Of a stretch of DNA of 64,000 nucleotides, positions 36,331-45,101 are shown in pieces. Position 1 is the first letter of the stretch; the number at the start of each line of letters is the position of its first letter. The notes under the pieces were generated by a model that saw only the letters and a list, made by a program, of their open reading frames with translations, was not told the DNA's origin and did not search any database. The stretch is from Myxococcota bacterium (GTDB taxonomy: Bacteria > Myxococcota_A > UBA9160 > PR03), in the NCBI GenBank assembly GCA_041611735.1, contig JBFIML010000001.1, positions 1 through 64,000 on the forward strand, written 5' to 3'. Made by a program: the position numbers and the translations under genes.

Positions 36331-37890
36331 ATGCGAGCACGTACCGTCGCCTCGATCTGTGTGGTCGTCTCTGCGGGCCTGGGCTTCGGGGTGGCGGGGT
36401 CGTTCCTCTACAAGGCTGCGATCGGTCTCGATCCCTCGGCCTTCCCGGCTGGCGACTGGCTCCAGCGCGTGGGGGAGCGGCTGATCCCGGACCTCCAGCT
36501 GAGCCTCCCCGGCGTGCTGCTCACCCTCGGGACCCTGCTGGCCCTCGCGGGGGGCACCTTCCTGCTGGTGCGGAGAGCGCTCCGCACGGGCCCCGGGGCG
36601 GACGTGGGCCGCCGCGGCTTTCTGACCGGCTCCCTGGGCGGGGCGCTCGCCGCCCTGGCCGCGCTCCTGGCCGGCGGCGTCGCCACCTGGCTGCGCGCCT
36701 TTCGCGGACTCGGCAACGAGGGCCGCGGCTGGGCGCCAGTGGCCGGCGAGATCTTCGGGGGCGCGGTCACCAAGACCAACCCCACCTGGGAGGAAGCCTG
36801 GCGCGGCGCCCGGGTGCGCAGCTACCGCCGTCTCGGTCGCACGGGCTGGAACGCCTCCGACATCTCGCTCGGGAGCGGCCGCATCCACGGCGAGCAGGGC
36901 GAACGCCTGGTGCGCGAGGCGGTCGACCGCGGCGTCAACTACATCGACACGGCGCCGGACTACTCGGCCACGGGGAGCGAGCAGGCGATCGGTCGCGCCA
37001 TCCGCGGCCGCCGCGATCAGCTCTTCCTCGCCACGAAGTTCTGCACGCCCCGGGGTCACCTGCCGCCCGGAACCCCGGTGTCGGCCTACAAGGCCGCCGT
37101 GGAGGGGAGTCTCGCGCGTCTCGGTACCGACCGCGTGGACCTCGTCCACGTGCACTCGTGCGACGAGATCGACCGCCTCATGGATCCGAACCTGCACGAG
37201 GCCTTCGACCGGCTGCGCGAGGAGGGCAAGGCCCGCTTCCTGGGCTTCTCGACCCACACCCCGAACCTGATCCAGGTGGCCAACCGCGCCATCGAGTCGG
37301 ACCGTTTCGACGTGATGATGCTGGCCTATCACCACGGCATCTGGCCCCGCATCGGCGAGGTGATCGAGCGGGCTCGCAGCCAGCGGGACATGGGCGTCGT
37401 GGCCATGAAGACCCTGAAGGGCGCCCGTCACCACGGCCTGGCCGGGTTCCGGGACCAGGCGAACGCCTTCTCCCAGGCGGCCTTCAAGTGGGTGCTCGCC
37501 AACGACCAGGTCTCGTGCCTCGTGGTCTCGTTCTTCGAGGAGCAGCACGCGGACGAGTACCTCTACGCGTCGGGCGCCGCGCTGATGCCCCGGGACGTGG
37601 CCATCCTGGACCGCTACGAGCAGGCCGTGCGGGGCAGCTACTGCGTCCCCCACTGCGGCGCGTGCCTGGAAAGCTGCCCGGAAGGCCTGCCCATCCACGA
37701 CGTGCTCCGCCATCGCATGTACTTCGAGGACTACGGTTGGGAGAAGCAGGCCATGGGGCTGTACGCGAAGCTGGCGAAGGACGCCTCGGTCTGCGCCGGC
37801 TGTCCCGCGCCCTGCCTGGGCTCCTGCCCGGTGGGGCTCCCGATCGCCAGCCGCATGCGCGAGGCTCACCAGATGCTGACGCTGTCGTGA
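36331..37890 (+). CDS. Aldo/keto reductase with C-terminal Fe-S Cys motifs and N-terminal TM/Tat region
   Basis: YRRLGRTG, NYIDTA..Y, LATKF, SLARLGTDRVDL, AMKTLKG; C..HCGAC...CP and CAGC...C...CP. AGGAGG RBS. Confidence 0.9.
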   Translation: MRARTVASICVVVSAGLGFGVAGSFLYKAAIGLDPSAFPAGDWLQRVGERLIPDLQLSLPGVLLTLGTLLALAGGTFLLVRRALRTGPGADVGRRGFLTGSLGGALAALAALLAGGVATWLRAFRGLGNEGRGWAPVAGEIFGGAVTKTNPTWEEAWRGARVRSYRRLGRTGWNASDISLGSGRIHGEQGERLVREAVDRGVNYIDTAPDYSATGSEQAIGRAIRGRRDQLFLATKFCTPRGHLPPGTPVSAYKAAVEGSLARLGTDRVDLVHVHSCDEIDRLMDPNLHEAFDRLREEGKARFLGFSTHTPNLIQVANRAIESDRFDVMMLAYHHGIWPRIGEVIERARSQRDMGVVAMKTLKGARHHGLAGFRDQANAFSQAAFKWVLANDQVSCLVVSFFEEQHADEYLYASGAALMPRDVAILDRYEQAVRGSYCVPHCGACLESCPEGLPIHDVLRHRMYFEDYGWEKQAMGLYAKLAKDASVCAGCPAPCLGSCPVGLPIASRMREAHQMLTLS

Positions 37891-38987
37891 GCGACGCCGC
37901 CGCAGCGGGCCGCCTGCTCGTCTACGGGGCCACCGGCTTCACCGGGCGCCTGGTGGTGGACGAGGCCCGCAGGCTCGGCTTCGCGCCGGTGCTCGGGGGG
38001 CGCAGCGCCCGGACCCTCGAGCAGATGCGCGACGCCGTGGGCGGCGCCGAGATCCGCGTGGCAGACGCCGCGCGACCCGAGAGCCTGGCGGGCCTCTGCC
38101 ATGGGATCGGCGTGATCGCGAACTGCGCCGGGCCCTTCGCGGGACTCGGCGAGCCGGTGCTGCGCGCCGCCCTCGAGGCAGGCGCCCACTACCTCGACAC
38201 CACCGGGGAGCAGGAGTACATGGCACGCGTCATGGATGGGCTGCAGCCCGAGGCCCAGCGCCGGGGCGTGACGGCCATCGTGGCCCACGCCTTCGAGTAC
38301 GCCCTCGGCGACTGCGCGGCGCGCATCGCGATCGAGGAGACGCCGGAGGCGGCGACGCTCGAGGTGTTCAACCGGGTGGAAGGCTTTGCAGCCACCCCCG
38401 GTACGCGCCAATCGGCCCTCGAGGCCCTGGGCGGCCGGCACCTGGCGGTGGTGAACGGGCGCCGGCGTCTGGAGGCCCCAGCCTCGCAGCGCGCCACGCT
38501 GCGCTTCCCCGACGAGGACGTAGACCGGGTGGGGCTGTGCTTCGGTGGCGGGGAGGTGCTGTCGGCTCCGAGCTATGCAGCCACGCTGAGGACGGTGCGC
38601 ACCTACCTGGTGCTGCCGCCGCTCGTGGCCACCCTGGCGCCCCTGGCGTTGCGTGCCGCCGCGCCGCTGCTGCGCAGCCGCCTGCGCGGCTGGCTGGGGC
38701 ACCGCCTGGCCGGCGGGTCCCAGGGTCCGGGGCCCGAGCGGCGCGACCAGCCCTGGTGGGTGATGGCGCGGGTGCGTGCGCCAGGGGGCGGCGGCACGCG
38801 CGTCACCGTGTCGGGCTACGACTCCTACGGGATCACCGCGGTGATCGTTGCCCTCGGCGCCCGCTGGCTGCTGGAGGGGCGCTCGAAGCGGCCGGGCGTC
38901 GTCACCACGGCCCAGGCCTTCGATCCCCGGGCGTTCCTGGACGCACTGGCCGAGGCCGGTGTCGCCTGGCGGATCGACCCGCTCTAG
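37887..38987 (+). CDS. Saccharopine dehydrogenase-like NAD(P) oxidoreductase
   Basis: VYGATGFTG, NCAGPF, HYLDTTGE. Confidence 0.88.
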   Translation: MSDAAAAGRLLVYGATGFTGRLVVDEARRLGFAPVLGGRSARTLEQMRDAVGGAEIRVADAARPESLAGLCHGIGVIANCAGPFAGLGEPVLRAALEAGAHYLDTTGEQEYMARVMDGLQPEAQRRGVTAIVAHAFEYALGDCAARIAIEETPEAATLEVFNRVEGFAATPGTRQSALEALGGRHLAVVNGRRRLEAPASQRATLRFPDEDVDRVGLCFGGGEVLSAPSYAATLRTVRTYLVLPPLVATLAPLALRAAAPLLRSRLRGWLGHRLAGGSQGPGPERRDQPWWVMARVRAPGGGGTRVTVSGYDSYGITAVIVALGARWLLEGRSKRPGVVTTAQAFDPRAFLDALAEAGVAWRIDPL

Positions 38988-39129
38988 AGGCCATCTCATG
39001 AATCCTTCGGTGGCCAGGCACGCGTCTTCGACCCGACCTGTGCGTTGCGAAGTCTCGCCGTAGCTACGGCTATGCGATCTCCGGGCGAGTTCACGCACCC
39101 GGCTCGGTCGGGGTCCACGAGATGGCCTC
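38987..39129. mobile_element. MITE/ERIC-like palindromic element, copy 2 (143 bp)
   Basis: TIR GAGGCCATCTC / GAGATGGCCTC flanked by TA on both sides. Internal palindrome GCCGTAGCTACGGC. Homologous to 384-543. Confidence 0.78.
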
Positions 39130-39722
39130 TACGCCCGGCGCCGCATCAGCCAGGTGGGGATTCCCAGCACGCGCACCTGCTCCGCGGTCTCGAAGCCGAG
39201 CCGCTCGTAGAAGCGCACGTTCTCCGCACGGTCGGTCTCGAGCCAGGCGTCGGCACCGGACGCGTCCGCGCGGGCGCACAGGCGCTCCATCAGCCGCGTC
39301 CCGATCCCGCCGCCCTGCAGCGCGGGCTCCACCGCGACGGGTCCCACGTGCCAGTGGGGTTCCTGGGGATCGCGCTCGGCCCAGGCCGCCATGCACCGCA
39401 GGCGTCGCGCGCAGGCCCGCGGCCCGAAACGCAGCAGGGGGGGCAGGAGCCGCAGCACGTGCGAAGCCGGCAGCAGACACAGGCCCGGGGGCGCCGCACC
39501 GGCCACCCCCACCGGGAGGCCGGCGCGGCGGGCCACCAGGGGGGCGGCGGGGGCGAGCGCGAAGAAGGTGCGGAAGAAGGCCGCCAGGGCCCGCTCGCGA
39601 CGGGCCGCGTCGCGACCCCCGGCGGCCCGCTCCAGGGGGTTGGCGCACAGGGCGCGGGCCGCCAGGCTCGCGACGGGGGTCCGCTCGTCGTCGCGCAGCG
39701 CGCCGACCTCGAGCGCAGCCAT
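39129..39722 (-). CDS. GNAT N-acetyltransferase
   Basis: HWHVGPVAVEPALQGGGIG, WLET, NVRFYERLGF. Confidence 0.88.
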   Translation of the reverse strand: MAALEVGALRDDERTPVASLAARALCANPLERAAGGRDAARRERALAAFFRTFFALAPAAPLVARRAGLPVGVAGAAPPGLCLLPASHVLRLLPPLLRFGPRACARRLRCMAAWAERDPQEPHWHVGPVAVEPALQGGGIGTRLMERLCARADASGADAWLETDRAENVRFYERLGFETAEQVRVLGIPTWLMRRRA

Positions 39723-39730
39723 GCAGGACG

Positions 39731-41125
39731 CTAGGCGCTGCCGCCGCGGATCGCCCGCACGAAGGCCTCGTAGAGCGCCTTGTGGATCGTCTTGCGGTCC
39801 GCGCGGCCGTACTTCTGGCGGAATGCCTTCAGCGGGATGATGCCCTTGGCCATGGTCCGGTGGCCGCCGCCCACCCCGAGGCCCTCCACCACCGCCCGCA
39901 CCACCTCCCCGGCCGCCCGCACGTAGCCGACGTTGCGCACCGAGAAGACGAGGTCCGCGTTCACGAAGCCCGCCGCGATGGCCCAGTCGGCGCCCTCCGC
40001 CTGGAGCGCCAGGTCCGCCACCTGGGGGATCACGTCCTCCCGCACGCGACCCAGCACCAGGATGTGGAGCGATTCCTGGACGGACGTTCGCGCCAGGGCG
40101 CGCCCCAGGGCCTTCAGGCCATCCACGGGCAGGGCCGGACGCTCGATCCGGCGCAGCAGGGCCGGGCTGTGGCTGGCGTGCAGGAACGCGAAGGCGTCGA
40201 TGTCCTGACGGCTGGTCTCGCGTCCCAGCAGCTGGGTGTCGCTCTTGATGGCGTACAGCAGCGCCGTGGCCAGGCGGGGTCCGATGTCCAGGTTCGCTGC
40301 CCGCAGGTATTCGGTCAGGATCGTGGCGGTGGCCCCGTAGGCCGGGCGGATGTCGCGCAGGACGGCATCGTAGCCGGTGCGCTCCGGGTGGTGATCGATC
40401 ACCACGTCCACCGAGCGGCAGCGGGCCGGCACGTTGTCCCCGAAGACGTTCGGCTGCACGTCCACCAGCGCGATGCCCTGGAAGCTGTCCAGCTCGATGG
40501 CGGCGAGCGTCTGCACGTCGATGCCCAGGGCCGCCACCATGGCCCGGTTCTCCGGGCGCTTCACCTCCCCGAACGAGACGAGGGGGGCCGTGGTGCGCTT
40601 GCGTCCCAACAGGGCGCGCAGGGCATAGCCACAGGCGATGCCGTCCGGATCCGGGTCCGGCTGCAGCAGGATCGCCACCTTGTCCCGCCCGCCGAGCAGC
40701 GTGCGGAGATCCACCACGCGGCGCAGGTTCGACAGATGGGAGAACTCCTGCTCCACGTCGTCGCGGATGAGGGAGCGCAGGGCTGCCCGTCGCAGGCACG
40801 GGTGCTCCGGCATCTCCGCCTGGGTGAGCTTGTCGGACAGGACCAGGATCGGTGCGTGGCTGGCGGCCTCGGCGATGGCCGAAACGGCGGCTCGCACGAA
40901 GGAGGCCTCCTCCGAAACCAGGGCGAAGCCGTCGCCCTCCTTCGGGTTGAGCTTGGCGATGGCCTCGGCGGCCAGGCCGCCCTGGAGAGCACGGAAGCCC
41001 GGGGGGCGCGCCCGCGATTCGTCCTCGCGGGGCACCCAGGTGAGCTCCTCGCTCTCTCCGGCGCCGATCCGGCCCCACAGCCGGGCGAGCTCCGCGCCGT
41101 CACACACGATGATCCGGCGTGCCAC
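39731..41125 (-). CDS. DHH/DHHA1 phosphoesterase with N-terminal RCK/TrkA-like extension
   Basis: DPDPDG, LVD, IDHH, SDT, SVR, GGGH motifs. Confidence 0.88.
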   Translation of the reverse strand: MARRIIVCDGAELARLWGRIGAGESEELTWVPREDESRARPPGFRALQGGLAAEAIAKLNPKEGDGFALVSEEASFVRAAVSAIAEAASHAPILVLSDKLTQAEMPEHPCLRRAALRSLIRDDVEQEFSHLSNLRRVVDLRTLLGGRDKVAILLQPDPDPDGIACGYALRALLGRKRTTAPLVSFGEVKRPENRAMVAALGIDVQTLAAIELDSFQGIALVDVQPNVFGDNVPARCRSVDVVIDHHPERTGYDAVLRDIRPAYGATATILTEYLRAANLDIGPRLATALLYAIKSDTQLLGRETSRQDIDAFAFLHASHSPALLRRIERPALPVDGLKALGRALARTSVQESLHILVLGRVREDVIPQVADLALQAEGADWAIAAGFVNADLVFSVRNVGYVRAAGEVVRAVVEGLGVGGGHRTMAKGIIPLKAFRQKYGRADRKTIHKALYEAFVRAIRGGSA

Positions 41126-41255
41126 CGTTCTCTCCGGTGCCCTGCCGTGCTGCGCAGGGCGCGGACCGGCCGATTCTAGCGCGAGCGCCCCAGCGACCGT
41201 CCGCACCGGGCGCTCCGTTTCTTCCCTGCGGGGACGAGGCGCTAGGCTCCGCCTC

Positions 41256-42113
41256 GTGCAGCGCCTCTTCGTGGGAGACGTCCAGGGCTGTGCCGACGAG
41301 CTCGGCGAGCTGCTGGTCCGGGCACGCAACGCCTTCGGCCCGGATTTCGAGGTCTGGTTCGTGGGCGATCTCGTGAATCGGGGACCCGCCAGCCTGCGCG
41401 TCCTCGAGCAGGTGCGCGAGCTCTCCGATGCCGGGCGGGCGCACACCGTGCTCGGCAACCACGAGGTGGCCCTCCTCCAGGCTGCCCTCGGACTCCGGCA
41501 GCCGGATGCGGACGATACCTACCGGGAGGTGCTCGAGGATCGGGATGCGGAAGCCTGGCTGGACTGGCTGCGGAGGCGACCCCTGGCGATCCGGGGGCGT
41601 CTCGGCGAGACCCCCTTCGTGCTGGTGCACGCGGCCGTGGCGCCCGAGTGGAGCCTCGCCGACGTGTTGGCACACACGCGCCGCGTGGAGGTCCGCCTCG
41701 GCGGCGCGCTCGCGGAGGCGCGCCGCCTGCTGGCCGCCGACCCCGCCCGGGATCCGGACCGCGACGTGCTGGCCCGGCTCATCCAGTGCCGGAGCGTGGA
41801 CGGGCGCGGCGTCTGGTCGGCGGACGCGCCGGCCTCGCCGCGCGATGCGTGGCACCGACGCTGGCGCGAGCGCCGCCACGACTACGGCGTCGTCTACGGC
41901 CACTGGGCGCTCCAGGGGCTGCACGTGGCCCCGGGCCTGCGGGGACTCGACACGGGCTGCGTTCACCACGGTCGGGGAAGGGACGGGTTCCTCACCGCCT
42001 GGCTGCCGGAGCCGCAAGCGCGCCACCCCTTCGAGGTCCCCGACGATCGCTTCTGGCAGGTGCGTGCCCACCGTCGCTACTGGCCCTTTCGCGCCCCCCA
42101 AGAACGTGCTTGA
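41256..42113 (+). CDS. apaH: ApaH-like bis(5'-nucleosyl)-tetraphosphatase / metallophosphoesterase
   Basis: GDVQGC, GDLVNRGP, LGNHE, VHA, GHWA, LDTGCV. Confidence 0.82.
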   Translation: MQRLFVGDVQGCADELGELLVRARNAFGPDFEVWFVGDLVNRGPASLRVLEQVRELSDAGRAHTVLGNHEVALLQAALGLRQPDADDTYREVLEDRDAEAWLDWLRRRPLAIRGRLGETPFVLVHAAVAPEWSLADVLAHTRRVEVRLGGALAEARRLLAADPARDPDRDVLARLIQCRSVDGRGVWSADAPASPRDAWHRRWRERRHDYGVVYGHWALQGLHVAPGLRGLDTGCVHHGRGRDGFLTAWLPEPQARHPFEVPDDRFWQVRAHRRYWPFRAPQERA

Positions 42114-42138
42114 ACTCGACCTCGCACCGATCTAGATT
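42110..42138 (+). promoter_or_regulatory. Sigma70-type promoter pointing into the non-coding region
   Basis: TTGAAC (42110-42115)-N17-TAGATT (42133-42138). Predicted +1 near G42145, the first base of a helix. Confidence 0.65.
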
Positions 42139-42144
42139 GACTTC

Positions 42145-42650
42145 GTACCCTGGACCCGGCGCAGGGGGAAGAGGTTCCGCCTCCGCCGACCGGACCGAGC
42201 GCCGGGTGACCCAGGTACGCGTCGGTGAGTCGGCGGGGGAGGGCGAGCCTGCGGGGTCGCGCCCGGAAGCCGGCCGATCAGCCGGAGTTCTGCGAGGCGC
42301 GAGGTCGCGGGCATCGGCGCGGGGGAACCTTCCCGGACCCGGGAGCTTCCACCCAAACGCCGGAGAGAGAGGGGAGTCTCCGACGACGCAGGCCGCGGCG
42401 AGGGCCCTGTCCGCGAACGCGCCAAACAGGATCGTTCGGGGGCGCACGGTCGCCCGGTCTTCGCAAGAGTTCCCCGAGGTTGCGCCGCGAGTCGGTGGCC
42501 GTTTGGATTCCGGTTCTCTCCGCGCAGCGGTTGTGCGGAGGGTCGGACGGTCGCTGCGACGCCGCTCCGGTACACGGCACGAGCCGGGCTTGCCCCGACG
42601 GAGGCCCGGGAAGGCCCCGCCGCCTCGACCCAGCCCGCCCGAGGGGTCTT
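42145..42650 (+). ncRNA. Candidate large (~500 nt) structured non-coding RNA, family unrecognised
   Basis: No credible ORF between convergent genes, an upstream promoter, and many nested and long-range helices whose G-U pairs favour the + strand. Confidence 0.6.
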
Positions 42651-42655
42651 GCCTC

Positions 42656-43594
42656 TCAGGGTGGCGCTCCGCGCTCTTCCAGGAGGCGACTCGCCTCCCG
42701 TCGCGCGCGAGCGTCCGCGTCCTGCGCGGCCACGTGCGCCACGGCCCCCGCCACAGGTTCGCTCCACACGCTCGGTGCGAGGCGAAGCGCCTGCCGTCGC
42801 AGCAGGCGGTCCGGGTGTTCGAGGGCTCGGAGCAACAGCTCGGCCAGGGCGGGATGGCTGGCACGGGCGGCTCCGGTCAGTACCGCGCGCAGCACGCCGG
42901 CCTCGGCAGCACCCTCTGCGTCCCGCAGCCCCGCCACCAGCGCGTCGAGGCCCTCGCGCCGGCTCGTCGCGAGCTGCGCCGAGACGGCGCGTGTCTCGGC
43001 GGGTCGGCCCGTGTCCAGAGCGTGTCGCGCCTGGAGCACGGCGGCTTCCGGGGAGAGGGGAGCCAGGGGCGCACGGCCTTCCAGCAGGGCGAGTCGCGCC
43101 TCGTCGCGCAGGCCGGCGTCGGGGCTGTCGAGCCAGGCGGAGTAGACGGGGACGAGACGCTCCGGAGACCCGGCGGCGGCGATCTCGCGCACGGCCGCCT
43201 CCCAGCGCTCCTCGGCGTCGGCATCGGACAGGACGAAGACCCCACGTGCCCCCTCCACCAGGACGTAGGGAGCGCGTGCTCCCCGCAGGAGCAGGAGGAC
43301 GCGCTGGCCGGGCTCCAGGGCCGGCGTCCGGGAAGGAGACCGCTTCACCGCGAAGCGCGCTTCCACGTCGCCGAGCACCGCGTGGCCCTCTCGCAGTCGA
43401 ATGCGTCCCGGCTCCACGGCGTCCACCGTGGCGAGGACGGCCCGGTCCGCCCGGGCGGCGCGTTCGTGCAGTGGCGCCGGGCCCGAGGGCAGGGGATGGA
43501 CGAACGCCTGGGCCCTCGCGGACGCGGCGCCGAGGGACGCTGCGAGCGCGACGGCGGCGGTCGACCACGAGCGCACGCGGCCTCGATGGCCCAT
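42656..43594 (-). CDS. Exported HEAT-repeat-like protein
   Basis: Signal peptide (AAVALAASLGAASARA) and helical repeats 'LDSPDAGLRDEA', 'LEHPDRLLRRQAL', 'DADARARREA'. Confidence 0.65.
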   Translation of the reverse strand: MGHRGRVRSWSTAAVALAASLGAASARAQAFVHPLPSGPAPLHERAARADRAVLATVDAVEPGRIRLREGHAVLGDVEARFAVKRSPSRTPALEPGQRVLLLLRGARAPYVLVEGARGVFVLSDADAEERWEAAVREIAAAGSPERLVPVYSAWLDSPDAGLRDEARLALLEGRAPLAPLSPEAAVLQARHALDTGRPAETRAVSAQLATSRREGLDALVAGLRDAEGAAEAGVLRAVLTGAARASHPALAELLLRALEHPDRLLRRQALRLAPSVWSEPVAGAVAHVAAQDADARARREASRLLEERGAPP

Positions 43595-43614
43595 CGTGTG
43601 CGAGTATACGGAGG

Positions 43615-45087
43615 ATGAGTGCCATGAGGTTGCGCCGGATCCGCACGGCGGCGCTCGGCCTGCTGGGGGCCTTCTCCACCTCGTGCGCCGGGCTGGGCTC
43701 GCTCGGCACGCTCACGCCCGAGCAGGAGGTGGCGGTCGGTGCCCGCGAGGCGGTCAGCGTCGAGCAGGAGATCGGCCTGGTCGCCGACCCGCAGCTGGTT
43801 GCGTACGTGGAGGCGATCGGCCGCCGCGTGGCCGCCCACTCGCCGCGGCGAGACATCACCTACCGCTTCCACGTGGCCGACATGGCCGAGCCGAATGCGT
43901 TTGCCCTCCCGGGCGGCTACATCTACGTGTCGCGGGGTCTTCTCGTGCTGGTGAACTCGGAGGCCGAGCTCGCCAACGTGCTCGGCCACGAAATTGCTCA
44001 CGTGACGGCGCGCCATCACGCCCAGCGCCACAGCCGCGCCACCAGCGTCGGTCTGCTCACGGTGCTGGGCACCGCCGCGGCCGCGATCCTGGGCGGCGCC
44101 GAAGCGGCGCAGCTGGCGGGCCAGATCGGACAGGTGGCGGGAGCCGGCCTGATCGCCTCCTATACGCGCGACCAGGAGCGCGAGTCGGACGAGCTTGGCC
44201 AGCAGATGGCCCTGCGGGCCGGCTACGACCCGGCGGCCATGGCGAACTTCCTGCGCACGCTGGAGGGCTGGGCGCGGCTCCAAGAGGGCGGCAACCGCAT
44301 GCCGAGCTTCCTGGACAGCCATCCCGCGACTCCCGAACGCATCGCGGCCACCGCGGCCCGGGCCGCCACCTTGACGCCGGGCGGAGCGCCGCGGGATCCG
44401 GACGGACGCGAGCGCGTGCTGGCGCACCTGGACGGGCTGGTGGTCGGCCCGAGCGTCGGCGAGGGCGTGCTGCGGGACGGCCTCTTCCTGCACCCGGACC
44501 TGAGCTTCGCGCTGCGTCCTCCCAGCGGCTGGCGCGTGCAGAACCAGAAGCGCGCCCTCGCCGCGGCGGCTCCGTCGGGCGATGCACTCTTCGTGCTCGA
44601 GCTCCAGGGCCCCGGCGACGACCCGCGTGCGGCCGCCGAGGCCTTCGCCCGCGCCAAGGGCGTCCGCTATGCGGAGTCCGGTCCGGCGCGGGGCACGCTG
44701 CTGCCCGGCTGGCGAGCGTTGGCGGTGGCGGAGTCCCAGCAGGGCCGCCTCGCGGTGGACCTCACCTGGATCGCCTGGCAGGGGCTCGTCTACCGGCTCT
44801 CCGGTGTGACCCCGGTCGCTGCCCAGGGACGCCATGCCGGGAGCTTCGAGACCGCCGCGCGCAGCTTCCGGCCCCTGTCGAGGGCCGAGCGGGCCGGCAT
44901 CCGGGAGCTGCGTCTGCGCCTGGTGACGGCCCGGGCCAACGAGTCCCTGGCTGCCCTGGCGGCGCGAGCGCAGGGCGTCTGGAAGCTCGAGGAGCTCGCG
45001 CTGGTGAACGGCCTCACGCCCGAAGCCCGCCTCGCAAGCGGCCTGCGCATCAAGGTGGCGAACGCCGAGCCATACGTCGGGCGCTAG
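43615..45087 (+). CDS. M48 family metalloprotease lipoprotein (BepA/YfgC-like)
   Basis: STSC lipobox, PNAFALPGG, HEIAH, ERESD, SHP. Confidence 0.92.
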   Translation: MSAMRLRRIRTAALGLLGAFSTSCAGLGSLGTLTPEQEVAVGAREAVSVEQEIGLVADPQLVAYVEAIGRRVAAHSPRRDITYRFHVADMAEPNAFALPGGYIYVSRGLLVLVNSEAELANVLGHEIAHVTARHHAQRHSRATSVGLLTVLGTAAAAILGGAEAAQLAGQIGQVAGAGLIASYTRDQERESDELGQQMALRAGYDPAAMANFLRTLEGWARLQEGGNRMPSFLDSHPATPERIAATAARAATLTPGGAPRDPDGRERVLAHLDGLVVGPSVGEGVLRDGLFLHPDLSFALRPPSGWRVQNQKRALAAAAPSGDALFVLELQGPGDDPRAAAEAFARAKGVRYAESGPARGTLLPGWRALAVAESQQGRLAVDLTWIAWQGLVYRLSGVTPVAAQGRHAGSFETAARSFRPLSRAERAGIRELRLRLVTARANESLAALAARAQGVWKLEELALVNGLTPEARLASGLRIKVANAEPYVGR

Positions 45088-45101
45088 CCGGCGTCGCGCG
45101 C

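Noticed and set aside
42270-42292. Minus-strand CAGAACTCCGGCTGATCGG resembling the RNase P RNA 3' conserved region
   Set aside because: The partner GAGGAAAGUCC element is absent on both strands, and the promoter and G-U pairs point to the + strand.
42160-42615. Cobalamin riboswitch-like fragments (GGGGAAGAGG, GGGAAGGC)
   Set aside because: There is no GCCACUG or B12 box and no downstream gene on the same strand.
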